From: Salpingoeca rosetta
Lineage: Eukaryota; Protista; Choanoflagellata
DNA: 64,000 nucleotides
Direction: 5' to 3'
Assembly: GCA_033442325.1 (NCBI GenBank)
Contig: JAWQFM010000004.1
Location: 706,402 to 770,401 of the forward strand
Shown here: positions 23,281 to 44,547 of the stretch, in pieces
Layout of the letters: each line of letters starts with the position of its first letter
Position numbering within the stretch: the first letter of the stretch is position 1
Made by a program: the position numbers and the translations under genes
The notes under the pieces: generated by a model
What the model was told of the DNA's origin: nothing
The model's input: only the letters and a program-made list of their open reading frames with translations
Database searches by the model: none

Positions 23281-24603
23281 ATGCGGCCGTGCTGTGTGAG
23301 CGCAATTGTGCCTGCTGCTGTTGCGGTGGCGTGCGTGGCGTGGAGCTTGGCGCTGGTGACGACGACGACGACGGTGGCGGGCGTTCGTGGGGAGGCGGTC
23401 ATCGCGGAGGATGATGCTGGTGTGGTGCACATCAACACGAGCGAACCGGCGAGCCAATCCGTGTATGTGAACGGGGTGGATGTCGCGGAGCTGATGGATG
23501 TGGTGAGCATGCAAGCTGGGACGCTGCAGGCACAGCAGCGGCGCGTGCAGGCCCTGTGCCAGAGGTTCAACCCGCCCAGCGTGGACACGACATCCATCCC
23601 AGACGCGGCGTCCGACCCGAGGTCTCGCGGGTGGCACGGCTTCGTGGCTGGGCCGGACGGCCTCCTGTACGGCATCCCCTTTGCGTGGAACACAGTGCTC
23701 ATCGTGGACACGCAGACCAAGACCATGGACCGAACGACCATCAGCGGCGCAGATGCTCCGGGCAACAAGTGGGGCAACGGGGTGCTTGACGTAGACACGG
23801 GCCTCATCTTCGCCTTTCCGCACGACGCCGCCGCCGTGCTGATCATCAACCCCGCCACCAACGCCATTGACACGAGCACCATGGACGGGTTGCCCTCTGG
23901 TGGCGACAAGTGGCTGAGCGGCGTGCAGGCAGACAACGGGCTCATCTACAGCGTGCCGTGGAGCGCGCCCAGTGTCCTGATCATCGACCCGAAGACCAAC
24001 ACCACGGACATGTCCACGATCATGGGGCTTGGCCGCGAGTCCTTCAAGTGGTATGGCGGGGCGCTGGCGCCCAGCAACGGCCTCATCTACTGCATCCCGC
24101 GCGCGGCTGCTGCCGTGCTCATCATCGACCCCAGCACCAACACGGTGGACATGTCCAGCATGGTGGTGGGCGCCGCTGGCGGCTCCAAGTGGACTGGCGG
24201 GGTGCTGGCGCCCAGCAACGGCCTCATCTACGGGATTCCCGCCAACGCACGTGCTGTGCTGGTGATTGACCCGTCCACCAACACGGCCGACAACACCACG
24301 CTGCGCGTCCCTGTCACTGGTGGTGCCAGTGCTGCGAGCGGCGCTGGTGCAGAGGACAACGCCAGCCTGTGGTGGGGCGGCGTGCTAGCGCGCAACGGCC
24401 GCATCCTTGGCGTGCCGTTTGCGGCGCAGTCCGTGCTGGTGATTGACCCGGTCTCGCAGACGCTTGACACGACGACGCTGAGTGGGATCCTTCCCGACAG
24501 CAACAACGACGACAAGTGGTGGGCTGGCGCCATGAGCAACGGTCTCATTGCCTGCACACCGCGCACAGGGGCTTCCGTCCTCTTCATCAACCCTGGCTGC
24601 TAG
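23281..24603 (+). CDS. Secreted 7-repeat beta-propeller protein, paralogue 2 (intronless, more divergent)
   Basis: Same architecture as 21091-22380; seven repeats; ends INPGC*. Confidence 0.85.
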   Translation: MRPCCVSAIVPAAVAVACVAWSLALVTTTTTVAGVRGEAVIAEDDAGVVHINTSEPASQSVYVNGVDVAELMDVVSMQAGTLQAQQRRVQALCQRFNPPSVDTTSIPDAASDPRSRGWHGFVAGPDGLLYGIPFAWNTVLIVDTQTKTMDRTTISGADAPGNKWGNGVLDVDTGLIFAFPHDAAAVLIINPATNAIDTSTMDGLPSGGDKWLSGVQADNGLIYSVPWSAPSVLIIDPKTNTTDMSTIMGLGRESFKWYGGALAPSNGLIYCIPRAAAAVLIIDPSTNTVDMSSMVVGAAGGSKWTGGVLAPSNGLIYGIPANARAVLVIDPSTNTADNTTLRVPVTGGASAASGAGAEDNASLWWGGVLARNGRILGVPFAAQSVLVIDPVSQTLDTTTLSGILPDSNNDDKWWAGAMSNGLIACTPRTGASVLFINPGC

Positions 24604-24635
24604 CCGTGTGGAACAGGTGGAAGCGGGGACAGGGC

Positions 24636-24739
<104 letters not shown>

Positions 24740-25163
24740 CGTGCGCGTGCGTGCGTGTGCGCGCGTAAGTGCGTGAGTGTGAGTGAGTGAGTGTGAGAGA
24801 GAGTGTGTGTGTGTGTGCGTGTGTGCTGCACGAGTGAACGCGGTTGTGAAAGCTCTGCTGGTATGTATCCTTCTTCGCACGCACACATGCATCTGACAAG
24901 CTTGGTGAGTGTCTTTGACGAAATGAAAAGTTCAATGCTGGTGACGCTGTAACGGGAGAGCGCGTCGTGGCGACTCGAGGGATGAACAAACACAAAATCA
25001 CCAATCAATGGGTTCAAATCAAACAAATAAAGGAGGGGAACACAGGTCACATCACTGGCATCAGTCAATCGCGGAAGTGCACACAATACGGGTGGGGAGA
25101 GAGCAAGTAACAAGACCATGGTACTGCTATGAACAATCGAACGATTGTGCGCAACACGTGCTG

Positions 25164-25214
<51 letters not shown>

Positions 25215-25259
25215 CGACGTCACTGCATGGTGATCGGCCATCACGTGTGCGTCTGGTGG

Positions 25260-26349
25260 TCACGGAAACACTCGTTCAACAATGCGGACGGGGCATGTCA
25301 TCTGGTGGTGCACGTAGTGCAGGAGTTGTGACCTGCAAGTGGTGTGGAAGATGGCGGGATACACATGTGAGGTAATGGCGTGAGTTAAGTTTCGCCCGCG
25401 CGATGCGTATGTGCCCGCGTGATGCGTACGCGCACACGTGTTTACTGGAAACACACACACATACACAAACACACACGCGCAAATACGCAAACAAATCCAC
25501 ACCGCTCAAGTACAGACCTGAGGTCCTGGAGTTGCTCGACGAGGGCGTGCTTGAACCAGCACTGGAGGAGGAAGCGCTTGCCACGGCGTGTGCAGGCGAG
25601 CCCTTGGAAGCAAGGAGCGGTGATAGTGGATCCAATGGCCGCAAAGCACTGTCGAGGTGGTGGCGGTGGAGATCGTGTGAGGCAGCGGCAAAGGAGCAAA
25701 GCACACCATTTAGGTGCGCCCATCGTGAATCAGAGAGAGAGAGAGAGTGTGTGTGTGTGTGTGTGCGTGTGGGTGAAAAACTTTCTGCACACACAAGTGC
25801 ACACGCATACACATACGCACATTCCCCCTCGCTCCCCCGATTCCCATGCATTCTCCCCCACATCCATCTCCTCCTCACTTGCGTACCGCTCTCTCCCACG
25901 CCTCGTCTGCAAACTCGATGTCAAACGCCAGCAGGAACATGCCGCCGCCCGAATACCGCTGGTGGCATCGACACCAATGCAGGTAACAGTCACAATTACA
26001 ATGAGGAGAGCAGTGGTGTATGCATGTGAGTGGAGATCATGACAACGGGACGGGGATGGGAGACAACAGGAACGCGATGTACATGTGCACATCAACAAAT
26101 CTATGTACACGCGTGCGTGTGTGTGTGCGTGTGTGTGTGTGTGCGTGTGTCTGTATTCCTGAATGCATGTGTGTCCCACGGTGATTGTGAAGCCAGACAA
26201 AGAACAGCCGTGCATGCGACGTGCTCACCTCCCAACATGGTGGTTTCGCTCCCCTTGAACCACCAATGTACATACATGTGTGCAAAGCTGATCATGTGAG
26301 AAGCAAGCTTGACAGGCACAGAACACGCCAGCCGCAGATTGCCACAAAT

Positions 26350-26419
<70 letters not shown>

Positions 26420-27012
26420 NNNNNNNNNNNNNNNNNNNNNNNNNNNNNNNNNNNNNNNNNNNNNNNNNNNNNNNNNNNNNNNNNNNNNNNNNNNNNNNNN
26501 NNNNNNNNNNNNNNNNNNNNNNNNNNNNNNNNNNNNNNNNNNNNNNNNNNNNNNNNNNNNNNNNNNNNNNNNNNNNNNNNNNNNNNNNNNNNNNNNNNNN
26601 NNNNNNNNNNNNNNNNNNNNNNNNNNNNNNNNNNNNNNNNNNNNNNNNNNNNNNNNNNNNNNNNNNNNNNNNNNNNNNNNNNNNNNNNNNNNNNNNNNNN
26701 NNNNNNNNNNNNNNNNNNNNNNNNNNNNNNNNNNNNNNNNNNNNNNNNNNNNNNNNNNNNNNNNNNNNNNNNNNNNNNNNNNNNNNNNNNNNNNNNNNNN
26801 NNNNNNNNNNNNNNNNNNNNNNNNNNNNNNNNNNNNNNNNNNNNNNNNNNNNNNNNNNNNNNNNNNNNNNNNNNNNNNNNNNNNNNNNNNNNNNNNNNNN
26901 NNNNNNNNNNNNNNNNNNNNNNNNNNNNNNNNNNNNNNNNNNNNNNNNNNNNNNNNNNNNNNNNNNNNNNNNNNNNNNNNNNNNNNNNNNNNNNNNNNNN
27001 NNNNNNNACGAC

Positions 27013-27091
<79 letters not shown>

Positions 27092-27830
27092 TTGATGCCC
27101 TTCTTCTTTGATTGGGACATGTGCCTTTGTGGTGCTTCTACTTGTGAGCGCTGGTTCTTGTCCGTGGTTTGGGGAGAACTGTCTCGATCCGTGCACACGG
27201 CATCATCAAAGTGGGCGCCCATGTGCTCCAAATATGTCGCCTGCTCGTCATCAGACGTGTCGTATGCGCTGCTGTACTCGGTCTCTTGGATGCGTTCAAA
27301 GGCGCAGGTGGTGCGCGCGTGTGGTTCAGACTCCAAGCGCATGTTTCGTTGCAGATACAAAGCAGAACTGTTCGCCTTTGGCCCCAGCTCTGTTGGGGAC
27401 ACGTGTCGCGATGCCTCGCCCACGCGGGCTATTGGCTTGTGCGTGACCACAACGACGGGGCTGGCGGTGTTGTTGCGGACACCGTCTGCCGTTGCTCCCG
27501 CACTGATGCCGGTTGAGTAGTCTGTGCTCTGGAAGACCACGCTGTTGGTGGAGGCGTTGGCTTTTGAGCTGCGGCTGTAGGCAGTGGTGGGAATTTGGTG
27601 CGAGGGGCTGTTGGGCCCCGACTTGAGTCGTCTGGCAGGCATGGACGCCACGCCGCCGCTGTGTTCCGGCTTGGCAAAGTTCATGATGATGCTCTGCACA
27701 ATTGTGCGCGCGCGTGCGTGTGTGTGTATGAGGTATGAGGTAATAGCGTTCGCGTGCGAGTTGTGGTGAGGTGGACGTGAGCGTGAGATGAGGTGTCAAA
27801 CAAAACACAGAACTTCATCGCCGTTGAGCG

Positions 27831-27914
<84 letters not shown>

Positions 27915-28181
27915 TACACATGCATGTGCAATTCACAAGCACCATCACTCCCTCCCACCTTGCTTGGCTGGATGAAAGGATCGTCAGAGCGCAGCAGGCT
28001 TCTTGAGCTGCTTCTTGGCTGGTTGGCGAGTTGGTGACTTGCTGCAGGTGCTCTTGCTTGTTGGCAAGAAGAAGAGGAGAGGCAAATCGCACACACAAGA
28101 CCGCCCACCGCCGCCTCGCGTTTCCCCTCGCCCCAAGAACAAAGCATCAAACAACACACAGCAACTCTTCTCCTCCTTCAT
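25260..28181 (-). CDS. Divergent eIF4E-family cap-binding protein with a long N-terminal extension; middle lies in an assembly gap
   Basis: 3' exons 26287-26229, 25958-25887, 25648-25518, 25332-25260 splice in phase to ...GAKPPCWERYSGGGMFLLAFDIEFADEAWERACFAAIGSTITAPCFQGLACTRRGKRFLLQCWFK..., matching the eIF4E pattern PMWE..GG.W...D..W....IGE....G....R.....IW. Putative 5' exons run from ATG 28181, ~28057-27959 and 27693-27092; linkage across the gap is inferred. Confidence 0.7.
26420..27007. other. Assembly gap (588 N)
   Basis: Run of N between (CA)n tracts. Confidence 1.
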
Positions 28182-28682
28182 CGTCGCGTTTGCTTCATTT
28201 CGCGTTCGTCCGCCTTTGCCTCAACTGTTCGTTTGCTTCTCGTTGAAATTCGCGGCATCTTGGTCGTGGTCCGGATGGGCGAGCGAAGTGCCCGGTTGAT
28301 ACATCGGGGTGACTTTTTCACGTAAAATTATGAGTCTTGTGCTAATTTGCCATGATTTCGGCTGATGATCGTCGATTGCCCTCGCTCAAGCACATCAGGC
28401 CAAGTGGTGCGAACGACGACCCAAGCAAAACCAAAAACAACCAGCCACGCTCCCTTGGCTGCCTTGCTCCCATAACCGCCCTTGTGTCAGCGTCTCTGTG
28501 TGCTCGTGTTTGTCAGCGACCAAGCTTAAGTGAGTGTATGAAGCCAAGCAAACAGACAGGAGAAGGCTCTCTCTCTCTCTCTCTCACACACACTCACACA
28601 CACACACACACTCTCTCTCTGTGGTCAAAGATACCCTGCGCACCCCGCCTAAACCAAGCTGGGTGGAGCGCAGCCAGCCATC

Positions 28683-29254
28683 ATGCCAAAGACGCCCATC
28701 CCAGCCTTTGAAGCAGAGGTGTGTGCGTTCTGCCCGTGCTGTGTTTGTTTGTGTTGCTGTAATTGTGTCTCGTGGATAGTGGAGGGCTGTGTGAAAGGTT
28801 GCTGCGCTGCCGTTGTTCATACCACACACACCTTCTCTCACGCTTATATGCTTCTCTTCTTTTCCGTGCAGCTTGCTTCTCTCAAGGCACCCGTGTCGCA
28901 AGACAAGATTCGCACCTTGACCAAACTTGCACTCACCGACTACTTCAAGGTAAGCACAGGACAGCTCACCAAGCCTGCTCTTGTCGCGACGACCCGTCAT
29001 CGCTTTGTTCGTGGCTTTGTTCGTGTCTTTGTCAAGCCTTGCCCTCTTTTGACACTCCTTCTCCTACTCACCCACCCACCACGTCTTCCTTATCTCTTCT
29101 CTTGTTTCGCGTTGACAGTACTTCAAGTTTGTGGTGTTCCACATTGAGCGGTCCATCTCCAAGGCTCGCTCCGATCTCAAAGTGCCTCTGCTCTATGTCA
29201 TCGACTCCATCATCAACAACTCTCGGCACAAGGTGTGTGTGTGGGGGAGTGGGG

Positions 29255-29322
<68 letters not shown>

Positions 29323-30599
29323 GGAGGGTGTATGTAATTTGCGTGTGAAGGTTCTTGTGCGCATTTGCGTGTGTTTCAGCTTCCCGCGTGTATTTCCGTC
29401 ATCGTGTTGCGTTCACACACAGCTCCCCCCTCTGCTGCGACTCGCGCTGTGCAATGTGTCCATCAACGCTCATGTATGACAGTATGGAGACGAGGACGTG
29501 TATGCGCCTCGATTCGGAAAGGCCATCAAGCCAACCTTCCAGCATCTCTTCAAGTGCAGCTCCGCAGATCAGGTGTGTTGATCGCTGCGACCTGCCTTAC
29601 ACGTCTGCTGAAGTGTGCGCTTGTGCGCCTTGTTTGTGTGTGCGCTTGTGTGCTCGTGTACATGTTCGCCTTGTTTGTGGGTGTGCGTGTGCTTGTATGT
29701 GCGTGTGGGTGTGCGTGTGCTTGTGCGCGTGCCTGTGCCGTTCTGCTGGTGACAGCAGCCTTGCGTTGTGTGTTGCGTGTTGCACCTCCTTTCGCCAGCC
29801 ACTGACTCAGTGTCCTGCTTGCTTCCCCCCCCCCCCAAAAAAAAACTCACACGCACAACGCTGCTGTTCCCCCCCCCCCCATAGAAACGCGTGATGCAAG
29901 TGCTGAAACTGTGGAAGAAGAACAACGTCTATTCAGAGGAGGTGAGCACTTTAGCATCATCTTTTGTGGCCGCCTTCAGCACTGCATGCAAATGCTCAAT
30001 TCTTCTGCCGTGCACTGAGCATGGCCGCCGTCGTCATTTCTTCCCTCCAACCAAGCACTCGCGTCTAGACACAATCCACATCGTGCCTTTCCCCTCACCC
30101 TGCTTCAACCCCTTTTCCACCATCCCCCCCCCCTGTCCATGACTTGCGCGTGCCCCTACCATCGGTCGTCTCGCCTCTCACCTCTGTCTCGTTGTGCCTC
30201 CCCCCCCCCCGCTTCCATCAGCTGATTGATTCGCTGGTTCCGCCCGCGCTGCGCGAGGATTTTGCCCCCAAACCCGCCGCGAAACCAGACACACAGGGAC
30301 ACCCAGATCCCATTGAGGTTAGTTTGCATGTTGTGTTCGTTGTTTGTGTTAATGTGCTCTTTTTGTATTTGTCGTTTGTATGCGCTGTGTGTGAGAAAGA
30401 GAGAAAGGGAGAGATGGAGAGCTTGGCGGGAATGGGAGAGAGCGTTATCGCTTCTCCGCGCGCCTTGTCGTCTCCACGTGCCGGCTCCCTTGCCCCTCTG
30501 TCTCTCTTTCTGTGCATTGTTCAGAGCCACATGCCACGGTATTTCGCCGAATTAACGCGAATCTTCCTTTCCTCCCTCACAACACGCACATCCACACAT

Positions 30600-30677
<78 letters not shown>

Positions 30678-32201
30678 TCCCTCTCTTTCTATTTCTTTGT
30701 TGTTGCTGTTTGACTCCACCACAGAGCATCTTGAACAGCTTTGCGTACGATGATGAGGACGATTCTGCTGGTGGTGCTCGCACAACGCCGCCACCTGCGC
30801 AAACATCAGCTGCACCAGCGGAACAGCAGCAGCCGCAATCACACACACAGCCGCCTGCGCAGGGCGAGACACCATCGTCAGCAGCGCCCACCAATGCATC
30901 TGCTGATGCAAATGCTCTTGGTTCGTTGGCGGCCTTGTTTGGCCAGGGAGGTGGCGGAGTGTCGGAGTCTGATATCCTTGCCCAGCTGTCTGCCATTGTA
31001 AATGAAGGCGATGAAAGCACCACCCCGCGTCCATCGAGTGAGCAACAACAAGCTGCACCACCGCAGCGCGTGCAAGACCCGCGCGCCGCGCTCTTGGGTC
31101 AGGCTGCGCAGCCACCAGCCACCACCACCACCACCACCCACACCCCTCCACCCGCACCGCAGCAGCAACAGACATACGACCAACACAGCCACACCCTGCA
31201 CGCGCTACAGCAACAGCAGCAGCGGCAGCAGCAGCAGCACCAGGCTAACAGTGTGCTTGGTGCGCCGCCACCCAAGGCCGACATGTCGCCCGAGGAGATT
31301 CTGCGACAGATGCCGCCCGCCGCTAACGAATGCCCCGAGGGCTGCATTCGACGTAGGTCAAAAAGAAAAGACACCACCACGTCCGTTGTGGACGTGCGTG
31401 TGTGTGTGTGTGTGTGTGTGCGTGCGTGTGTGTGTGTGTGTGTGTGTGTGCGTGTGGAAAAGGGGGGGGGGTTGCGAGTCGCATCGCATCAGAGTTGATC
31501 TGCCATTTTGTATTTGGCCCTGTCCAAAGCGAACAGTGTAGCTGTGCAGCCAGCGTTTGCGTGGTTCTTTGCTGTCATGTCACTCACTTGCTCTCTTGTG
31601 TACCTTCCTGTCTGTGTTTTGTTTTTTGCTTCTGTGTGTGTGTTTGCATGTGTGTGTGTGTGTGTTTCTAGTGGCGAGCTCGACGCTGTGGATTGGCAGT
31701 CTGCCGTCTGACATCACCAAGGAGCAAGTGCTGCGCCTCGTCCGCGACTACGGTGTCCTCAAGCCGGGCCACATCAAGGTGCGTCTGCAGCCATGCTTTA
31801 CACCACGCACACACACGCACATACGCACACGCACGCTTGGTTGCACCTGCTGTTTGTGTGCAGTCGCTCTTTCGACGTGCTTTTACCTTGCGCACAGACC
31901 ATCGGCTCACAAACGACCCGTTTCCCCTTGTCGTCTTGCTGCTCCTCGACTGTGCATCTCCAACACCCGACCCGAAATGAACAACGAATCGGCTGTGTGG
32001 TTGTGTGACTGTGTGGCGTTCCCATTGCATCACACACAACCCTGTCACGTGGCACACCTTGCATTCTGAAACCCGTAACGCAACGCAACGCAACGCCGTG
32101 AACAACCCGACACGTTGCGCTTGTTCGACATTGGCGCGCGTTCCCACCGCATCACAAAACGCAACGCACCACCCGTCGCGCACTACGACACAATTACATC
32201 A

Positions 32202-32241
<40 letters not shown>

Positions 32242-32272
32242 CACAACCATACGGCACGCACACACACCACAA

Positions 32273-32344
<72 letters not shown>

Positions 32345-34299
32345 CACCACCATACACGACACACACAGGTTGATCCTGCGAAGCACCAAGCGTTTGTGAT
32401 TTTGAGCTCGCACCAGGCGACGGGGGCGGCGCACAATGCGCTCAACAACACGGAGGCGTTTGGCCGCACCATCCAGGTCCTTTGCTCGCGTGTGCTCGCC
32501 CTGCCCATGCTTCTGCCTGCACTGTCCTGCCTGCCATTGCCTTTGGTTGTCTCCCCTCGCCTGCGCTATGAACGAAAAGTTGGTCCTTGCATTGAAAGTC
32601 GAGAACACAACAAGCTCGTTGCCCCCTCCTCTCTCCCATGTTATCTTTACTGCCTCTTGTTTGACGCGAGCGACAGCCAACACACGAGACGCACGAGACA
32701 CACACGCGCGCGTTCGAACGAACACCACGCACACTCATGCACGCGTGTCAAGCGCACATTGAAAGCACGTTCACCCGCCTCACCCAATTGTGCTGTGTTC
32801 ATTTTGGTTGTGTCGTGTTCAAATTGGTGGTGAATGTGTTTTGTTTTGTTTTGTGTGACCCGCATGGTCACTGTTGTTGTCGGTTTGTGTTTGTGTTGTG
32901 GTGTGATTGATGTTGTCCCGTTAAACCCTTGTGTGCGATCTTCCTCGTGTCTCTTCCTCTTCCCCTCCCTTCCCTTCCACTCTTTCTGTCTGCATCTGTC
33001 TCCTCTTGCTTCCCCCAACAGACAAACTTTGCGCGCGGGTTCCGGCAGCGCAACAACATTGGCTGGGATGTGCAAACAGGCTATTCCTTCCTGCCCCTCG
33101 GCGATGTGGAGCCCACCGACCTCCGCGGCTACACCCAGGGCTGTGTTGTCGACCGCGCCACCTGCCCCGCACACCTCCTCCAGGACCTTGACCGCTTCCC
33201 GCACGTCCACTTCCGCACGCAGCCGGACCTCCTTCAGCTTGCCTATGGCGACCGCGCCCCCCGCGGCCTGCGCCCGGGCCACGTTGCCCCCGCCCTTCGC
33301 CAGCCGGGCGAGGACGCCGACGGCCTTCCACGCCTCGTCTGGGAGGACCGCGATCTCCGCGACGCGCGCCCACGCCGCCGCTCACGCTCGCCCCCACCGC
33401 GCAGAGGCTACGACAGGCGGGACCGCAGTCATCGCGGTGATCGCGGTGATCGTGGTGATCGCGGTGATCGCGGTGACCGTGAGCGAGGAGCACCACCCCA
33501 CCGCCCGTTTGGCCGCGGTGGGCGGCGCCACGAGGACGACGAGGACCTGGATGACGTGTTTGCCATCCGCAACAAGGGCCGCACGCGCGCCAGCAGCATG
33601 AGCCCGGACCGCCGTGATGGCAGTGGCAGTGGGCGACGTGACGGCGATGATGGCGGTGTACGCCGCAGGTCCCGCTCACGCTCACGCTCGCCGATTCGCA
33701 GCCGGGATGTTGGGCACGCCAACGGCCACGCGCCAGCTGCTGCTGCTGCTGCTACTGGTCGGCATCCTCAGCCTCAGCCGCAGCAGCACCAGCAGCAGCA
33801 TCAACCACAACCGGACAATGTCCATCCTGAGCGCGCAGCCCAGGTGCCGTCGGCTGTTGCTCCAGGTATGGCACGCCCCTCTCCGCCACACCGCCCACCA
33901 CACCCGCACCACCCACAGCAGCACAGGCCGCCACACATGCCGCCAGCACCCCACATGCGTCCGCCCATGCCGCCGCCACCGCATCGGCCAGGGATGCGAC
34001 CGGAGCATCCTCGCATGATGCGCCCGCCGTTCCCGCCACACCCATACACGCAGGCACAGGCGCACGCGCACGCACAGCAGGCGCCAAAGCCCGGGGGTGT
34101 GCTCCCCACTTCCGCTCCCGCACCGGCCCCACACCGGCCACCCCCTCCGCACGCCAACAGGCAGCAGCCACCGCAGCAGCAGCAGCAGCAGCCACGCAAG
34201 AGCCGGTGGGGTCAGCCAACGCAGCCGCCACAACAGCAGCACAGACACGATGCCCCACTGCTCACCCCGCCCGTTCAGAACTGGGTTGCGCAGCAATAA
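28683..34299 (+). CDS. SCAF4/SCAF8: SCAF4/SCAF8 (Nrd1/Seb1-like) RNA Pol II CTD-interacting protein: CID, RRM, RS/P/Q-rich tail; 10 exons
   Basis: Exons 28683-28718, 28872-28949, 29119-29232, 29483-29572, 29885-29941, 30222-30317, 30725-31352, 31672-31778, 32369-32476, 33022-34299. CID: KVPLLYVIDSI...YAPRF...VLKLWKKNNVY. RRM: STLWIGSL. WDVQTGYSFLP motif. Confidence 0.9.
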
Positions 34300-34309
34300 T
34301 ATCCAACCC

Positions 34310-34376
<67 letters not shown>

Positions 34377-34824
34377 TTCGTTGTGTTCCGTTTCCTTTAG
34401 ATGGCGCAAACTACTTGACCCGCTTTTTGTTGTCCGCATTGCCGTCGTGTGTTGATTCTAGATCAGCAAGCGACTGATGATTGTTGTTCGTCGATATCCG
34501 TCGTTTATTTAAGCTCACTCTCTGCAGGTGCAAAGCACGCCCCCTCCCCTCCTTCTTTCTCCCTTTGTTCCCTTGTTGTTGCTCCCCCTTCCTTCCACCG
34601 CCTGTCACTTTCCCGCACGCGTCCTGTTCCTCGTCCGCCGTTGCTGCCGCCACACCAGCCGCCTCTCTGTCGCTGCAGTCCTGGCGACACCCGTCACCGG
34701 GACGCACGCGCCGCTGTCATCCCTCACCACCATCAGCGTCGCCAACAGCATCAGAAACGGCAGCACCAGTGGCGTGAGTGTCTGCTGTCGCCACCGCCAC
34801 CGCAAGCATGACGGCACGCCTTTG

Positions 34825-36954
<2,130 letters not shown>

Positions 36955-37151
36955 TGTGCTGTTGCCCGCTCACGGCCAGTTGTAGATTATTAACTGAAGT
37001 CATTGACAAATCCTCCCAACTTGACTCGTCCAACACAACGCTGCTCACTCCTTCATCTTTGATTCCGCACCAACAAAGCAAGAGCTGAACCTCAAGCACA
37101 CACACACACACATACACACGCACGCATACACAACACGCACTGGCTTGCAGG

Positions 37152-40032
<2,881 letters not shown>

Positions 40033-40088
40033 CACCACATGTGGAGGGGAGGGAGGGAGGGGAGTTGTGTGTGGTGGGGGAGGTTGTT

Positions 40089-40174
<86 letters not shown>

Positions 40175-40409
40175 ATGAACTTGATTTCTTTCGATATGTT
40201 CAGTTGTCCTACTCAATGTACAATGCAATAAACACATGCAAACAGCACGCAGTCAAGCAGGAGAACGACACGGCGCTGCACAATCGACAGTCAACTTCCT
40301 TGAACACACACACACACGCACACACACGCACAGAAACACACACACACACGCACACACACACACACGCACACACACACACACGCACACACAGTTGCTCCAT
40401 ATCGCTTTC

Positions 40410-43283
<2,874 letters not shown>

Positions 43284-43805
43284 CACGTTCCGCCGATCTG
43301 CTGAATTTTGACGGAAGATTTGGCAATTCTTCCACAATGGCACCGGGAAAATTCAAGCTGTGGTGGATGGAACAAACGGCTGTTGTGGCTGTGATGACCG
43401 CGTTCCCTCGTTGTGTGCGGTGGTGGTGGTGATGGCGTAGCACTGCATGCTGCTTCTCCTGCGCGGTCTCACCGCGACGATGCGTCTCTCAAGATGGCAC
43501 GTGGTCACCTGATGTGCTGTCGTGACTGGTGTGCTATGGGCCTTTGTTCTCCACAAACGGTCGACAAGGCGTGATGACGTTTCGCGGACTTCATGTAACG
43601 GTCAGTGCAGCGGTGGTCTTGAGGTCTCAGGACATCACAGCAAGCACTTGCGTGGCCTTGCTGTTGCTCTCTCTGTGATGTCATTCGTGTTCTCTTGTTC
43701 TCTGTTGCATGACATGCACACCACCTCCTCGGGCACACCGGCCCAGCACCGGACACACTCGCATACAATGCGAGACAATGGCGCGAAATATTATTACTGT
43801 GCTTG

Positions 43806-43885
<80 letters not shown>

Positions 43886-44547
43886 TTTCCTCTGCTGTGG
43901 GTGCAACGGTCTCTCTGGTGTCTCCCTCTGTTTCGTTTGCTAACGTCTTGCTTCTTGGTTCTCTTGTTGGGTTGCTTGGGTTCGCAGGTGTGAAGCGCGT
44001 GCGCGTGGCCGTGTGAAGCCGTCATTTTCTCTTTTGCTCAGTCAATCTCAAGCTACACAGCGCAAAGTAAGAAGTGTGTGTGTGTGTGTGTGCGGAGAAG
44101 CGAGTGATGATGCTTGGCCTTCTTGGTTATGCTGTGCTCACGCGAGATTCATGCTTCTCCTGCTCATTCCCTGCGATCCATCCCGAAACCACAACTCATA
44201 TTGCTTGTTTGTGCAACGACGCCCACTGTCTCTTCGCTCACGGCACAGCACACACACACACACAGGAGGCCAAATTCCACACACTTGTCCTGCACCACAA
44301 TCGAGGATGGAACCACGACCTCCTCCCTCGCACGAGGTGCATGCGTGCATGATCGTACTCCATATCACCTTTACCTAAACTTCTAGCCTCTCCGTCACCC
44401 CTCTCTACATACACTGGCCTTGTCTGCTTGCCGACATGCAATACACTACCCCACACGCTGCCGTTTGCTGCTCATTTTCTGCTTGCTTGCATGCATGCAT
44501 AACTATCGACTCATGCCTGTTCTCTTCTGCACCGTGGCTCTCACGTC

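Noticed and set aside
21460-24603. Regularly spaced ~138-nt repeats resembling a CRISPR-like array
   Set aside because: The repeats are degenerate at synonymous sites and lie in frame. They are protein propeller blades.
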